From Malacoraja senta (taxonomy: Eukaryota): a stretch of DNA of 64,000 nt. Shown one piece after another: positions 13,668 to 27,245 of the stretch. A program made the translations under genes and the position numbers. Every line of letters begins with the position of its first letter. Position 1 is the stretch's first letter. The stretch covers positions 11,100,001 through 11,164,000 of the forward strand of contig CM075995.1 in the NCBI GenBank assembly GCA_038087875.1. The letters are read 5' to 3'. Below the pieces are notes generated by a model. The model saw nothing but the letters and a program-made list of their open reading frames with translations, was not told the DNA's origin and did no database searches.

Positions 13668-15880
13668 AACCATATAACCATATAACCAATACAGCACGGA
13701 AACAGGCCATCTCGGCCCTTCAAGTCCGTGCCGAACATTTTTTAAAAATTTAAAAAAAAATTAATACTTCCCCCTAGTCCCATCTACCTGCACTCAGACC
13801 ATAACCCTCCATTCCTTTCCCGTCCATATACCCATCCAATCTATTTTTAAAGGATAAAATCGAACCAGCCTCCCCCACTTCCACTGGAAGCTCATTCCAC
13901 ACAGCTACCACTCTCTGAGTAAAGAAGTTCCCCCTAATGTTACCCCTAAACTTCTGTCCCTTAATTCTCAAGTCATGTCCCCTTGTTTGAATCTTCCCTA
14001 CTCTCAATGGAAAAAGCTTATCCACGTCAACTCTAACCCGCTCATAATTTTAAATACCTCTATCAAGTCCCCTCTTAACCTTCTGCGCTCCAAAGAAAAA
14101 AACCCTAACTTGTTCAACCTTTCTCTGTAACTTAGTTGCTGAAACCCAGGCAACATTCTAGTAAATCTCCTCTGTACTCTCTCTCTATTTTGTTGACATC
14201 CTTCTTATAATTAGGCGACCAAAATTGTACTCCATACTCCAGAATTGGCCTCACCAATGCCTTGTACAATTTTAGCATTACATCCCAACTTCTATATTCA
14301 GTGCTCTGATTTATAATGGCCAGCACCCCAAAAGCTTTCTTTACCACCCTATCTACATGAGATTCCACCTACAGGGAACTATGCACAGTTATTCCTAGAT
14401 CCCTCTGTTCAACTGCATTCCTCAATTCTCTACCATTTACCATGTACGTCCTATTTTGATTTGTCCTGCCGAGATGTAGTACCTCACATTTATCAGCATT
14501 AAACTCCATCTGCCATCTTTCAGCCCACTCTTCCAAATGGCCTAAATCTATCTGTAGACTTTGAAAATCTACTTCATTATCCACCACACCACCTATCTTA
14601 GTATCATCTGCATACTTACTAATCCAATTTTCCACACCATCATCCAGATCATAGATGTACATGACAAACAACAGTGGACCCAACACAGACCCCTGAGGCA
14701 CCCCACTAGTCACCGGCCTCCAACCTGACAAACAGCCATCCACCATTACTCTCTGGCATCTCCCATTCAGCCACTGTTGAATCTATCTTGCTACTCCACC
14801 ATTAATACCGAACAATTGAATCTTCTTAACCAACCTTCCATGAGGAACCTTATCAAAGGCCTTACTGAAGTCCATATAGACAACATCCACTGCTTTACCC
14901 TCATCCATTTCCCTAGTAACCTCTTCGAAAAATTCTACAAGATTAGTCAAGCATGACCTTCCAGGCACAAATCCATGTTGACTGTTCCTAATCAGACACT
15001 GCTTATCCAGATGCTTATATATATTATCTTTAAGTATCCTTTCCATTAATTTGCCCACCACTGACGTCAAACTAACAGGTCTATAATTGCTAGGTTTACT
15101 CTTAGAACCCTTTTTAAACAACGGAACAACATGCGCAGTACGCCAATCCTCCGGCACTATTCCCGTTTCTAATGACATTTGAAATATTTCTGTCATAGCC
15201 CCTGCTATTTCTACACTAACTTCCCTCAATGTCCTCGGGAATATCCTGTCCTCGGGACCTGACTTATCCGTTTTCATATTTTTCAAAAGTGTCCGCACCT
15301 CCTCTTCTTTGAATCTCATAGTTTATATTGCTAGTCTGCTTGTTTCCCTTACCTCACATAATTCCATATCCTTCTCCTTGGTGAATACCGAAGAAAAGAA
15401 ATTGTTCAGTATCTCCCCCATCTCTTTTGGCTCTGCAGATAGCTGTCCACTCTGACTCTCTAATGGACCAATTTTATTCCTTGTTATCCTTTTGCTATTA
15501 ATATAGCTGTAGAAACCCTTTGGATTTACTTTCACCTTACTTGCCAAAGCAACCTCATATCTTCTTTTAGCTTTTCTAATTTCTTTCTTAATATTCTTTT
15601 TACATTCTTTATACTCCTCAAGCACCTCATTTACTCCATGCTGCCTATAATTATTGTAAATCTCTCTCTTTTTCCGAACCAAGTGTCCAATTACCCTTGA
15701 AAACCATGGCTCTTTCCAATTGTTACTATTTCCTTTCAACCGAACAGGTACATAAAGATTCTGTACTCTTAAAATTTCACCTTTAAATGTCCTCCATTTC
15801 TCTTCTACATCCTTCCCATAAAACAACATGTCCCAATTCACTCCTTTTAAATCCTTTCGCATCTCCTCAAAGTTAGCCTT
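13668..15880 (-). mobile_element. 5'-truncated CR1 LINE (family B, (ATATGGTT)n tail)
   Basis: ORF2 pieces [32 protein letters not shown]; octamer tail at 13668-13690. Confidence 0.92.
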
Positions 15881-16350
15881 AGTTAGCTGGCTACTATGAT
15901 GGGCAATGTTACTGACTGACCATTATGCTGAACTTTACAGTTCATTTGTCCACAAGTCTCCAAAACTTCGCCCACGTAGGTTCTCAGCTTAACCTTAGTC
16001 TCAAACAATGGTACCTGTGGAACTTTGTTTCGTACAGGTCTTTGCTCATGACCGAACAATCTTCTGCCGTGTCAATACACATATCGATTAACTGTTCATT
16101 AATCAATAGTTTAGTTCGAAAGTCCTTGGCTGGTTGTAGGCTTATCGATGTTGGTTGCATAAATGATGTACACCCAAGTCAATTTACATCTGGGTTCACC
16201 TCCCAGTTGTGAACTCCTCTCCGGTGTTGTTGGTTGATTCCCGCAGATTGTTGGTTTCCTGTTTTAAGCTTGGCCCGACATGCTGAGGCGATATGGCCTT
16301 TCTTCTGGCAGTTATAGCACTTGGCCATTTTGAACTGACAACATTGGGTT

Positions 16351-16733
16351 TATAGAAACTTACAAAATTCTTAAGGGGTTGGACAGGCTAGATGCAGGAA
16401 GGTTGTTCCCGATGTTGGGGAAGTCGAGAACAAGGGGTCACAGTTTAAGGATAAAGGGGAAATCTTATAGGACTGAGATGAGAAAAACATTTTTTTCACA
16501 GAGAGTGGTGAATCTCTGGAATTCTCTGCCACAGAATGTAGTTGAGGCCACTTCATTGGCTATATTTAAGAGGGAGTTAGATGTGGCCCTTGTGGCTAAA
16601 GGGATGAGGGGGTATGGAGAGAAAGCAGGTACAGGATACTGAGTTGGACGATCAGCCATGATCATATTGAATGGCGGTGCAGGCTCGAAGGGCCGAATGG
16701 CCTGCTCCTGCACCTATTTTCTATGTTTCTATG
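16351..16733 (+). mobile_element. CR1 3' fragment (family A, (TTCTATGT)n tail) inside Gypsy A gag
   Basis: LDAGRLFPMLGKSRTRGHSL..SQRVVNLWNSLP, then 3' UTR and octamer tail. Confidence 0.9.
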
Positions 16734-17718
16734 AGTGATTACCGTTGCAACGATAACAACTGGCTGAACTTGGCTCCCCGCCATACTTCGGTTTTGGTTT
16801 AGCGCCTCTTGGTTTGGCGATAGGCACTGCCTTGTGACTGTAAACGGCCACTGCAGTTCGTGGTGGGCGAAACTCGCGAGCATTCTTTGATGCCACCTCT
16901 ATTGTGGTAGCAATCTTGCATGCTTTCTCGAATGTGAGATCTGGAGTGTTCATCAGTTTGGACTGAATTCATTCATCCTCTAGACCACAAACAAATCTGT
17001 CGCGTAGTGCTCGCCCAAGAAAGGTTCCAAAGTTACAGTGTAAACTTAAGTTTTTCAAGGCAACAATGTACTCATTGATTGTCTCATTCTGCTTCTGGTT
17101 TCTAGTGCCAAATGTATAGCTTTCTGCGATTTCCAGAGCCTTTGGGATGAAGTGCTCCTCCAACTTCTTTATAATGTCATTGAATGGCACGTCTTTTGCC
17201 TTTAAGGGTGCAAGGAGATTCACGAGTGTGCCGTACATTTCAGGACCGATCTCCATGAGCAGAATCGCTTTCATGCGTTCGCAAACGGCCTTATTTGTTT
17301 CAGCCACTATCTCTCCTTCACCACTAATCTCCAATATATTATTTGCCGTGAAAAACATGTTTGCTCTCTCCATATAGGAGCTGAACGGCTCTCTACTCTT
17401 GTCAAAAGTACCAGGGTTTCCAATGTAGCTGTCATCGTGTCGTTCTCTTTAAAAAATAAATAAAAGGTCCCTTCAAAAACCCGGAATTCCTGTCAGTTGT
17501 GGTGTAACAATTCATCTAAAACATAGAAATAGCCAGACAAACTCACGCCGATTTATCCAGCTGCTGTTTTAAACTACGGTCCCCGGCATACAAGGGTCTG
17601 CAGGACAGCTCGCAAACAACAGCGACACAACTCCGTATTTACTGTTTAAAATGTTAAACAATACTGCGTGTTGCAAAACAGTCCTGCACTGTATTTAAAG
17701 GACGAGTTCACAAACTCT

Positions 17719-17736
17719 ATCCAATCCTCGTCGCCA
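17719..17736 (-). promoter_or_regulatory. Gypsy A primer-binding site, tRNA-Ser(GCU) type
   Basis: Minus strand TGGCGACGAGGATTGGAT matches 17/18 of the complement of the vertebrate tRNA-Ser(GCU) 3' end. It lies 4 nt from the LTR end. Confidence 0.8.
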
Positions 17737-17740
17737 ATTT

Positions 17741-17882
17741 TGTTATATTCCGGAGGGCAGAATGAATAACAACTTACACACAGGCTGCCTGGATCTCAAG
17801 AGAGATTTATTACCCAACATTCCCTACTTATATACAACACCAACTCATTAGCATATGCATGAATATGCATGAATGCATTACA
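17741..17882 (-). repeat. Gypsy A 5' LTR (~142 bp)
   Basis: TGT..ACA termini, minus-strand TATA-like and AATAAA signals, adjacent PBS. No second copy in the window. Confidence 0.65.
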
Positions 17883-18629
17883 GGTATGTAGTGGCCATTT
17901 GGCTTAACTCAGTATCTTATCAATTACGGTCATTTGCTGTTAAATTTTGTCTACCTAATTATGTGGGTGGGATTTATTACGTAGTTGGAGGCGTGAATGC
18001 TGCTGGGATTCTTGCGCAGTAGCTTGTAGTTTTTAGTTTAGTCGAAGAAGCATGGGGGGATGGTATAGCTTTCGACCATGTCGGAGCTTTGGTCCAGGCC
18101 GGAGTTTGACCATGCACGAGTTTGAGTACGAGTAAGATTAAAATGTACTTAAACAAGAAGTAGTTTGTATGAATAATTTACTGTTTTACTACGACAATAA
18201 AGAAACTATTAATCTATGGAATGTGGTTTGAAGATTGACCTTTGGACGGCTTTTAATATCTAGTGGAGAGGTCACATGCTTAAACGAGGCTATCTCCTTA
18301 CCCCCTTGGTCTTCAAAATAATGGCTAGACGAAGACATTCCTTGAACGATATAATAATCTTTCACTCTATCTAGTCGAAAGCTACCTTACAGACAGGAGG
18401 TGCAGGAATTACTCCCAAAGATGAGGGACAGAACTTTCGACTGGATCTCTGGAAAGAGATTACTGCCAGAAGAATTAGTTCCAGAAGACGAACTCAAGAC
18501 CGGTTCCTAGCAAGAGGAACTGAAGAAAATAGATCTCAGCCAGGGATTGGCTTCGAGATTTATGGACAGTCCCGCGACTTATCTAAGGGAGGAAACCTTC
18601 ACCGCGAAATCGTGAGCAGAACAGCTATT

Positions 18630-21600
18630 GTAACAGCGGACTGGCTTGCGAAGCAAAAAGGGTTGTTGAGCCAAAACCAAAGAGGCCAACGTCAGGCAAC
18701 GCCATTGTAGTTGGAGACTCCGTTGTGAGAGGTACGGACAGGGGTTTCTGCGGCAACAGACGGGATTCGAGGATGGTGTGCTGCCTTCCTGGTGCCAGGA
18801 TACAGGATGTCACAGACAGAGTGCAGAAAATCCTCAAGGGCGAAGGTGAACAGACGGAAGTGGTAGTGCATGTCCGCACAAACGATGTCGGAAAGAAGGG
18901 GATGAATATTCTGCAGCGTGACTTTAGAGAGCACGGAAAAATGCTGACAAGCAGGACCTCCAGGGTTGTTATCTCCGACTTGCTTCCAGTTCCTCGTGCT
19001 GGCGAGAGCAGGAACAGGGAGATATGGGACCTGAATGTGTGGCCGAGGAACTGGTGCAGGGGGCAGGGATTTAGATTCTTAGATTACTGGGATCTGTTTT
19101 GGAGTGAGGGGGAACTGTACAAAAGGGACGGATTCCGTTTTAACAGGTGGGGGACCAGCATTCTGGCAGGCAGGTTTGCCATTGCTACACTGGTGGTTTT
19201 AAACTAAATAAGGGGGGAGGGGTGTCAAATGGGATAGTCGAGGATGGGGTTAAAGGGAAAGAGAGTAAAGGGATGGTTAATGACCCCAGACTTAACGGGA
19301 AAGGAAGCTCACAAAGGGATAGGAGAGTATGGCCAAGTGTAATAGAGATCGATGTGAAAGGTGAGATGCGTAAGGAATTAAAAGTATTGTATATGAATGC
19401 GCAAAGTATAAGAAGTAAAGTAGATGAGCTTGATGCTCAGTTAGAGGTTGGTAGATATGACATTGTGCGGATTACTGAGACATGGTTGCAGGAGGATCGG
19501 GCCTGGGAACTTAATATTCAGGGTTATACATCCTATAGAAAGGACAGGCAGGTTGGCAGTGGAGGGGGGGGGGGTAGCTCTGCTGGTGAGGGATGGAATT
19601 CAGTCCCTTGCGAGGGAAGACATAGGGACTGACGAGGTAGAGTCACTGTGGATTGAGTTGAGGAATTGTAAAGGCAAGAAGACTCTAATTGGTGTTATTT
19701 ACCGACCACCAAATAGTAGCCCGGATGCAGGTGTAAGTTGCAGCAGGAGTTAAAACTGGCATGTAACAAAGGTAATGCCACTGTGGTGATGGGAGATTCC
19801 AATATGCAGGTAGACTGGGAAAATCAGGTTGGTTCAGGACCCCAAGAAAGAGAGATTGTATAATGCCTCCGAGATGGATTCTTAGAGCAGGTTGTAATTG
19901 ATCCGACCAGAGAAAAGGCAATTCTGGATTTAGTGTTGTCCAATGAACCAGATATGATAAAGATAACTCGAGGTAAAGGAACCGCTTGGAGGAAGTGATC
20001 ATAATATGATTAGTTTTAATCTGCAATTTGAGAAGGAGAACGGTAAATCAGAAGTGGCTGTGATGCAGTTGAACAAAGGGGACTATGAAGGCATGAGAGG
20101 GGAGCTGGCCAAAGTAGACTGGAAAGTGATCCTAGCAGGAATAACGGTGGAACAGCAATGACAGGAATTTCTGGGCATAATCCGGGAGACGCAGGATCAT
20201 TTTATTCCAAAAAGGAGAAAGATTCTAAGGGGAGTAGGAGGCAAACGTGGCTGACAAGAGAAGTTAGGGATAGAATAAAACGAAAACAAAGGATGTATAA
20301 CACAGCAAAGAGTAGCCGGAAGCCAGAGGATTGGGAAACTTTCATATGACAACAGAAGGAAACAAAACGGGCAATACGGGCTGAAAAGATGAAGTACGAG
20401 GGGAAGCTGGCCAGGAATATAAAGATGGACAGTAAAAGCTTCTTTAGATATGTTAAGGGAAAAAGAGTAGCAAAGTCAAATGTGGGTCCCTTGAAGGCAG
20501 ACACGGGTGAAATTATTATGGGCAACAAGGAAATGGCAGAAGAGTTGAATAGGTACTTTGAATCTGTCTTCACTAAGGAAGACACAAACAATCTCCCAGA
20601 TGTACTGGAGGACAGAGGATCTAAGGGGGTAGAGGAACTGAAAGAAATTTTAATTAGGCGAGAAATAGTATTGCGTAGGCTAATGGGACTGAAGGATCAT
20701 AAATCCCCTAGGCCTGACGGTCTTCATCCCAGGGTCCTCACGGAGGTGGCTCTAGAAATAGTGGACGCATTGGTGATCATTTTCCAATGTTCAATGGATT
20801 CAGGATCAGTTCCTGTGGATTGGACGATTGCTAAAGTTATCCCACTTTGCAAAAAAGGAGCGAGAGAGAAAACGGGGAATTATAGATCAGTTAGCCTGAC
20901 TTCGGTGGTGGGAAAGATGCTGGAGTCAATTATTAAAGATGAAATAATGGGACATTTGGATAGTAGCAAAAGGATTAGTCCAAGTCAACATGGATTTATG
21001 AAAGGGAGATCATGCTTGACTATTCTTCTGGATTTTTTTGAGGGTGTGACAAGTAAAATGGATGAAGGGGTGCCAGTGGATATAGTTTATCTAGACTTTC
21101 AGAAAGCCTTTGATAAGGTCCCGCACGGGAAACTGGTCACTAAAATTAGAGCACATGGTATTGGGGGTAGGGTGTTGACATGGATAGAAAATTGGTTGGC
21201 AGACCAGAAGCAAAGAATAGGAGTGAACGGGTCCTTTTCAGAATGGCAGGCAGTGGCGAGTGGAGTGCTGCAAGGCTCGGTGTTGGGGCCGCAACTGTTT
21301 ACCATATATATTAATGATTTGGAAGAGGGAATTAGGAGCAACACTACCAAGTTTGCGGATGACATAGAGCTGGGTGGCAGTGTGAACTGTGAAGAGGATG
21401 CAGGGTGTCCTGGACACGTTGAGTGAGTGGGCAGATGCGTGGCAGATGCAGTATAATATAGATAAATGTGAGGTTATCCACTTTGGCGGCAAAAACAAGG
21501 GGGCAGATTAGTATCTCAATTGGGTTAGGTTAGGTAAGGGGGAGATGCAGCGAGACATGGGTATCCTTGTACACCGGTCAATGAATGTTGGCGTGCGGGT

Positions 21601-22533
21601 ACAGCAGGCAGTGAAGAAAGCTAATGGAATTTTGGCCTTCATAACAAGAGGATTTCAGTATAGGAGTAAAGAGGTTCTTCTGCAGGTGTCTAGGGCTCTG
21701 GTGAGACCACATCTGGAGTATTGTGTACAGTTATGGTCTCCTAATTTGAGGAAGGACATCCTTGTGATTGGGGCAATGCAGCGTAGGTTCACGAGATTGA
21801 TCCCTGGGATGGCGGGACTGTCATATGAGGCAAGATTGAAAAGACTAGGCTTGTATTCTCTGGAGTTTAGAAGGATGAGGGGATATCTTATAGATACATA
21901 TACAATTATAAAAGGACTGGACAAGCTAGATGCAGGAAAATGTTTTCAAATGTTTGGCGAGTCCAGAACCAGGGGCCACAGTCTTAGGATAAAGGGGAGG
22001 TCATTTAAGAATGAGATGAGAAAAAACTTTTGTCACCCAGAGAGTTGTCAATTTATGGAATTCACTGCCATAGAGTGCAGTGGAGGCCAAATCACTGGAT
22101 GGATTTAAGAGAAACATAGAAACATAGAAACATAGAAAATAGGTGCAGGAGTAGGCCATTCTGCCCTTCGAGCCTGCACCGCCATTCAATATGATCATGG
22201 CTGATCATCCAACTCAGTATCCTGTATCTGCCTTCTCTCCATACCCCCTGATACCTTTAGCCACAAGGGCCACATCTAACTCCCTCTTAAATATAGCCAA
22301 TGAACTGGCCTCAAGTACCTTCTGTGGCAGAGAATTCCAGAGATTCACCACTCTCTGTGTGAAAAAGAGAGAGTTAGAGCTCTATGGGCTCGTGGAGTCA
22401 AGGGATATGGGGAGAAGGCAGGCACGGGTTACTGATAGAGGACGATCAGCCATGATCTCAATGAATGGCGGTGCTGGCTCGAAGGGCCGAATAGCCTCCT
22501 CCTGCACCTATTTTCTATGTTTCTATGTTTCTA
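18630..22533 (+). mobile_element. CR1 LINE with ORF1 esterase domain and ORF2 (decayed)
   Basis: AIVVGDSVVRG..LPGARIQDV (SGNH/GDSL), YMNAQSI..ITETWL, YRPP, DFQKAFD, FADD; (TTCTATGT)n tail. Confidence 0.92.
22112..22365 (-). mobile_element. CR1 3' fragment inserted antisense into the 3' end of another CR1
   Basis: (ACATAGAA)n tail at 22112-22140. The host reads continuously across, with aagaga repeated on both sides. Confidence 0.85.
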
Positions 22534-23339
22534 TTATGCTGTGAATTTGAAAGCTGGAACGCTTTAACTCAGAACAGCTTCATAATAAGAGGCTGAGAAA
22601 GTAAAGATCGACGTCGTGCATTTTCTGAAGTTACAGGCTCTGAGAAGCGTCTGGAAAAAGTACTAGAAGCAAGTTCTGCTAGGAGAATTTGTTCCAGACG
22701 AGGAACTGAAGACCGGTTTCTTGGAAGAGGAACTGAAGAAAATAAATCTCAGCCAAAGATTGGCATCGCGTCAGCCGAACGTATCCGCGTTGATCAATTT
22801 CCCCACCAAAGCCTGTTCCATTTGCTCGAGTTTGCCGCATATCCCTTAACATCTTTCTTATCTATATGACTGTCCCAATGACTTTCGAAACATTGATATT
22901 GTACCTACCACTTCCTCTGATAGTCTGTTCCATAGTTGCACCACAAGCTCTGCAATAAATATACCCATGACGTTCCTATCAATCACACCGTAAACCATAG
23001 CCAACAATTTCCTGATTCCTCTACCCTATGCAAAAAGACGCTGTATATTCAACTTATCGATGCGCTCCATGAATGTTTAGAGTTCTATAATATGGCCACT
23101 CCATCACCTGCGCACCAAACAACAAAGTTCTAGCCTGCACATCCTCGAAAGCTCTCTCTATAACACAGCCAATCAGGTCACTGTAACACCCCAATAAATC
23201 CCCCCTGTCCTCTTTTCCGCTTCGTGGCATATTTCGACACCAGATGGCCAAAACGGAGCACAATGCTCCAGCTGACGCCACGTTAACATATTACTAATGT
23301 AGCATGACATAACATTCGATCAGCCGAGACGGTTGTTTA

Positions 23340-24030
23340 TAATCATAATCATCATAATCATAATCATACTTTATTAGCCAAGTATATTTTGCAACTTACG
23401 AGGATTTTCATTTGCCATACCATCTTACCAATAAATAGCAACAGAACACACAAAATACATTTTGACATATACATCCACCACAGCGACTCCTCCGCACTCC
23501 TCGCTGTGATGGAAGGCGAAAAAAAGTTCAGTCTCTTCCTTTCTTTGTTCTCCCGCGGTCGGGGGCCTTGAGCCTTCCATTGACGGGACTATCTTAGCTC
23601 CCGTAGCCGGCAGTCCAGTCCTCCGCGTCGGAGCGATCAAGCTCGCGTGGGAATCTCAGCTTCCCCGCGCCTGGCGATCTGACCCCAGGTCGGAGCTGGT
23701 CGAAACCGCTTGCGTCGTTTGGAGCTTCCCGTCATCGGTCTCTACCCGAGATCGCAAGCTCCGATGGTAAGTCTACGATGGTGAGGCTCAGTCAGTCTCG
23801 AGCGAAGTCTCCAGCTCCGTGATGTTAGGCTGGGAATGTTTGGGGAAAACAATCGAATCTCTGGCAAGGTAAGAGATTGAAAATACAGTTTCTCCCGACC
23901 CCCTCCCCCACCCCCCACATAAACCAAACCAGAGACCATTAACATATACTTTTACAATAAAAAGAACAAAAAAAGGCCAACAGACAGACAGACTGTTGGC
24001 GAGGCTGCCATCGTCGGCGCCCCCTGGTGG
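23340..24030 (-). mobile_element. Non-coding, non-autonomous retroelement with a Rex1-like 3' tail
   Basis: (ATGATT)n tail. The terminal ~45 nt resemble the Rex1 3' end at 24360-24400. GC-rich body with a ..ggcgccgacgATGGCAG.. head. Confidence 0.65.
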
Positions 24031-24033
24031 TTC

Positions 24034-24400
24034 GCTGCAATCTCCCCCCGCCCCCCATTGACGAACTGTATCCTGCAAGGGCCAGGAAGTGAGCGTTTAA
24101 GATTATGTCTGACCCCTCTCACCATGGCCACAAACTCTTTCAAGTACTTCCCTCTGTGAGGCAACTACCGTCAGTCAAAGCCGCCACAGCCAGACATTAA
24201 AACATCTTTTTTTTCCTCGCGCAGTAGTTCTAGTCAACAGCCAAATGTTTGTAGCAAAACTCTGGTATTATATTTTATTCTTTTCATGTTTGAATTATAA
24301 CGTTTTATTTTTATTTGTCTACTGTTCACCGTGTTTTATCCTTGCAAGCAAAGCACCAAGGCAAATTCCTTGTATGTATACATACTTGGTTAATAAAATT
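24034..24400 (+). mobile_element. Rex1/Babar-type LINE 3' fragment
   Basis: IDELYPARARK..KIMSDPSHHGHKLFQVLPS, homologous to HPGHSLFVLLPSGRR at 59095. Confidence 0.8.
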
Positions 24401-25342
24401 AATGCTACACTCGTTGCATCTTCTTACAGACTGCCGAGCTCAGGGACGAGCAGGTTGTTATCAGTAACTGCATTCCTTACTCAAATCCCGGACTAGATTA
24501 CATGGTGGATCATACATAATATATGTGGTGAAGGTTATGTTGGCAGATATGTTGACAGGTTATGTTGACAGATATAAAAATGGTTGATCTACATCCTTCC
24601 TCTTAAAGAAGCAAATCATGATTGTAGATGGGCTAGCCAATTAAAGTGTTTGTTAATAGTAGCCCCGCCTGGTACATACTTTATAATATTAGGAACTCGC
24701 CTACGTTAGGTAGTAGATATAGCAGCTTGGACATGTATTGCACTGCATATCCAATACTGTAAGAGTTTTAATAAAGATGTGTTGTATATTTAGTTGTGTA
24801 CGAGTTCGGTAATTACAATGATTAAACAAGTATATAGTGGAGTAGATAGAAAAACGCCAAATTGAGGGGTGTGCACTTTGCTTAACACAGTCCTTGTACT
24901 TTGGATTCGTCCTGCAGGCGCGCCCTACACGGTATCCACCGTTTCCCTCCATCACCGGGGTTTGAATAGGAGAAGGGAGTGATACCGCAGGTCTGACCGG
25001 TGTTGAGGGTGAGGATGGAGACCACGGCAGCGGCCGGGGAGGCGAAGTAGCAGTTAAAGTATCAGGACCGGGGTCAGCAGGCAATTATGGGACCGTGAGA
25101 TTGGAAACGTTGGACCGTAGAGGAGACACAGCTGTGTAGTCAAGATAGTGTCGAGGCGGCACTGGCTCATTGACCGGGCGAAGGTGTTGTCGGGTACGTC
25201 TGTAGGTGGCATTATCAACACTGACCAGGTAAGAGCGCGGCGCAGGAGCACTGCCTTGAATGACGCCCAGCCGGTCGTAGACTTTTGGCGTTTGCAAGCA
25301 GACAACCTTGGTCAGAGGCAGAAGCGGTGTACTTGACTTAAA

Positions 25343-25948
25343 ACCATATAACCATATAACAATTACAGCACGGAAACAGGCCATCTCGGCCCCGCTAGTC
25401 CGTGCCGCACACTTACTCTCACCTAGTCCTATATACCTGCACTCAGACCATAACCCCCCATTCCTTTCCCGTCCATGTACCTATCCAATTTATTTTAAAA
25501 TTATAAAAACGAACTTACCTTCACCACTTCCACTGGAAGCTCATTCCACACAGCTACCACTCTCTGGGTAAAGAAGTTCCCCCTCATGTTACCCCTAAAG
25601 TTTTGTCCCTTACTACTCAAATCATGTCCTCTTGTTTGAATCTTCCCTACTCTCAATGGAAAAAGCATATCCACGTCAACTCTGTCTATCCCTCTCATAA
25701 TTTTAAAGACCTCTATCAATTCCCCCCTTAACCTTCTGCGCTCCAAAGAATGAAGACCTAACTTGTTCAACCTTTCTCTGTAACTTAGGTGCTGAAACCC
25801 AGGCAACATTCCAGTAAATCTCCTCTGTACTCTCTATTTTGTTGACATCTTTCCTATAATTTGGCGACCAAAATTGTTTACCATATTCCAGAATTGGCCT
25901 CACCAATGCCTTGTACAATTTTATCATTACATCCCAACTTCTATACTC
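25343..25948 (-). mobile_element. CR1 family B 3' fragment inside Gypsy B integrase
   Basis: [24 protein letters not shown]; (ATATGGTT)n tail. Confidence 0.9.
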
Positions 25949-27245
25949 GTGTCATGGTATTTTTTCTTGGTATCGCGTCGCTGTTGGAATTTTGCCTGGA
26001 TCACCGCTGGGGCACGAATTTGTGGTTGTAACATCTGTTTCGCTATGGGTAACATCTGCCTTGACATAAGGCGCTGGGCAGGGGAACCCAAAATCGGATC
26101 ACCAGAAATGTTCCGTATATTGAGTAAGTCGAGATTGACGTCGGAACCGACCCGATTGGAGCGTTCCATCACTTGTTTGGCACTTCCCACCGCACGTTCG
26201 GCCAAACCGACTGTAGGTATTCGGGGCCGCTGATGATCTGGCGAAAATCCCAGCTTTTACCTAAGTGCTTGAAATGCTGACTGGTGAATTGGCTGCCATT
26301 TTCGGAGAGAAAATGAACGGGAGCCCCGTGGACAGAAAAGTGGCGTGCCAGCTTTTCAACAACCATGGCTGAGGTTGGACAGCGGAGCAAGTCGATATCG
26401 AACCAACCGGAGTATGAGTCTACCAGGACCAGGTAGTGCTTGCCATGCCACTCGAAAATGTCATTTGCAACTGTAGACCATGGCAAGTCAGGTGTGGGGT
26501 GCGCGAGAAAGGGCAGTTTGGGTTGGTGCGGCGTTAGGCTGTTGCACACCGCACAGGACTCGACTTTCTCACGTACAAAGTCGGACATTCCAGGCCAGAA
26601 CAACATCCTCTTTGCTCTCAGAACGGTTGCTTCCACACTGGGATGACCTCTGTGAATGGCATCGTAATACTTGTTTTGCAGAGATGCAGGAACAACTACC
26701 TTGTGTCCTTGCACCACGATGCCATCCTGAAGTACCAGTTCATCACGAACAGGTAAAATGGGCGAATCGGGGGCCGTAGCCTGTATTGCTTGTCTGGCCA
26801 TCCGCGTTGGATGACAGAGGAGAGTGACTATAGAGTGTCATCTGCAGCGGGTTGTGCTGCTAGATTGTCCAGACACGAGGATGGGAGGTCGGAGATCATC
26901 ACAACAACAAAAGCGTCATCGTCCGACAGGTGTTTCTCGCAGGCGTTGTGCGGAGCCAGTGGCAGAGTGTCAGCTAAGTGCATATCCTTTCCGCGTTTGT
27001 AAACCAGTCTAATGTCGTATTTTTGTAATATCATAATCATACGTTGAAGGCGCGCAGGTGCGGCGTGTATCGGCTTGTTCAGAATACTGACCAGCGGCTG
27101 GTGGTCAGTGTCAGCAGTTTCAACAGTCAACGGTTGCCGAAAATTAAGTCATAGATTTTCTTGCAAGCAAAGCACACAGCGAGCAGTTTCTTCTCGATCT
27201 GTGCGTTGCAGTGTTCTGTGTCAGTCATGGTGCAGGAGACATATC

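Larger units (their letters stand above)
5721..17882 (-). mobile_element. Gypsy/Ty3 LTR retrotransposon A, split by four insertions; integrase and 3' LTR absent
   Basis: gag at 16730-17400 (ALRDRFVCGL). Two Zn knuckles flank the CR1 insert (CYRCNGNH; CYNCQKKGHIASAC). Protease region 15880-16150 and 13500-13665. RT at 12913-13471 (WATPIVAVPK..VRLCGDYK) and 6303-6630. RNase H at 5862-6266 (NYAQIEKEAL). Confidence 0.9.
22770..24400. repeat. Local duplication, copy 1 (copy 2 at 49805-52275)
   Basis: Collinear similarity starting at cagccgaacgtatccgcgttgatcaattt and running through an old CR1 relic, the non-coding element and a Rex1 3' end. Confidence 0.9.

Noticed and set aside
2765..17736. Local tRNA-Ser gene as the primer for Gypsy A
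   Set aside because: The PBS matches the tRNA-Ser(GCU) 3' end, not the 3' end of this UGA isoacceptor (which would give TGGCGCTGCGAGCAGG).
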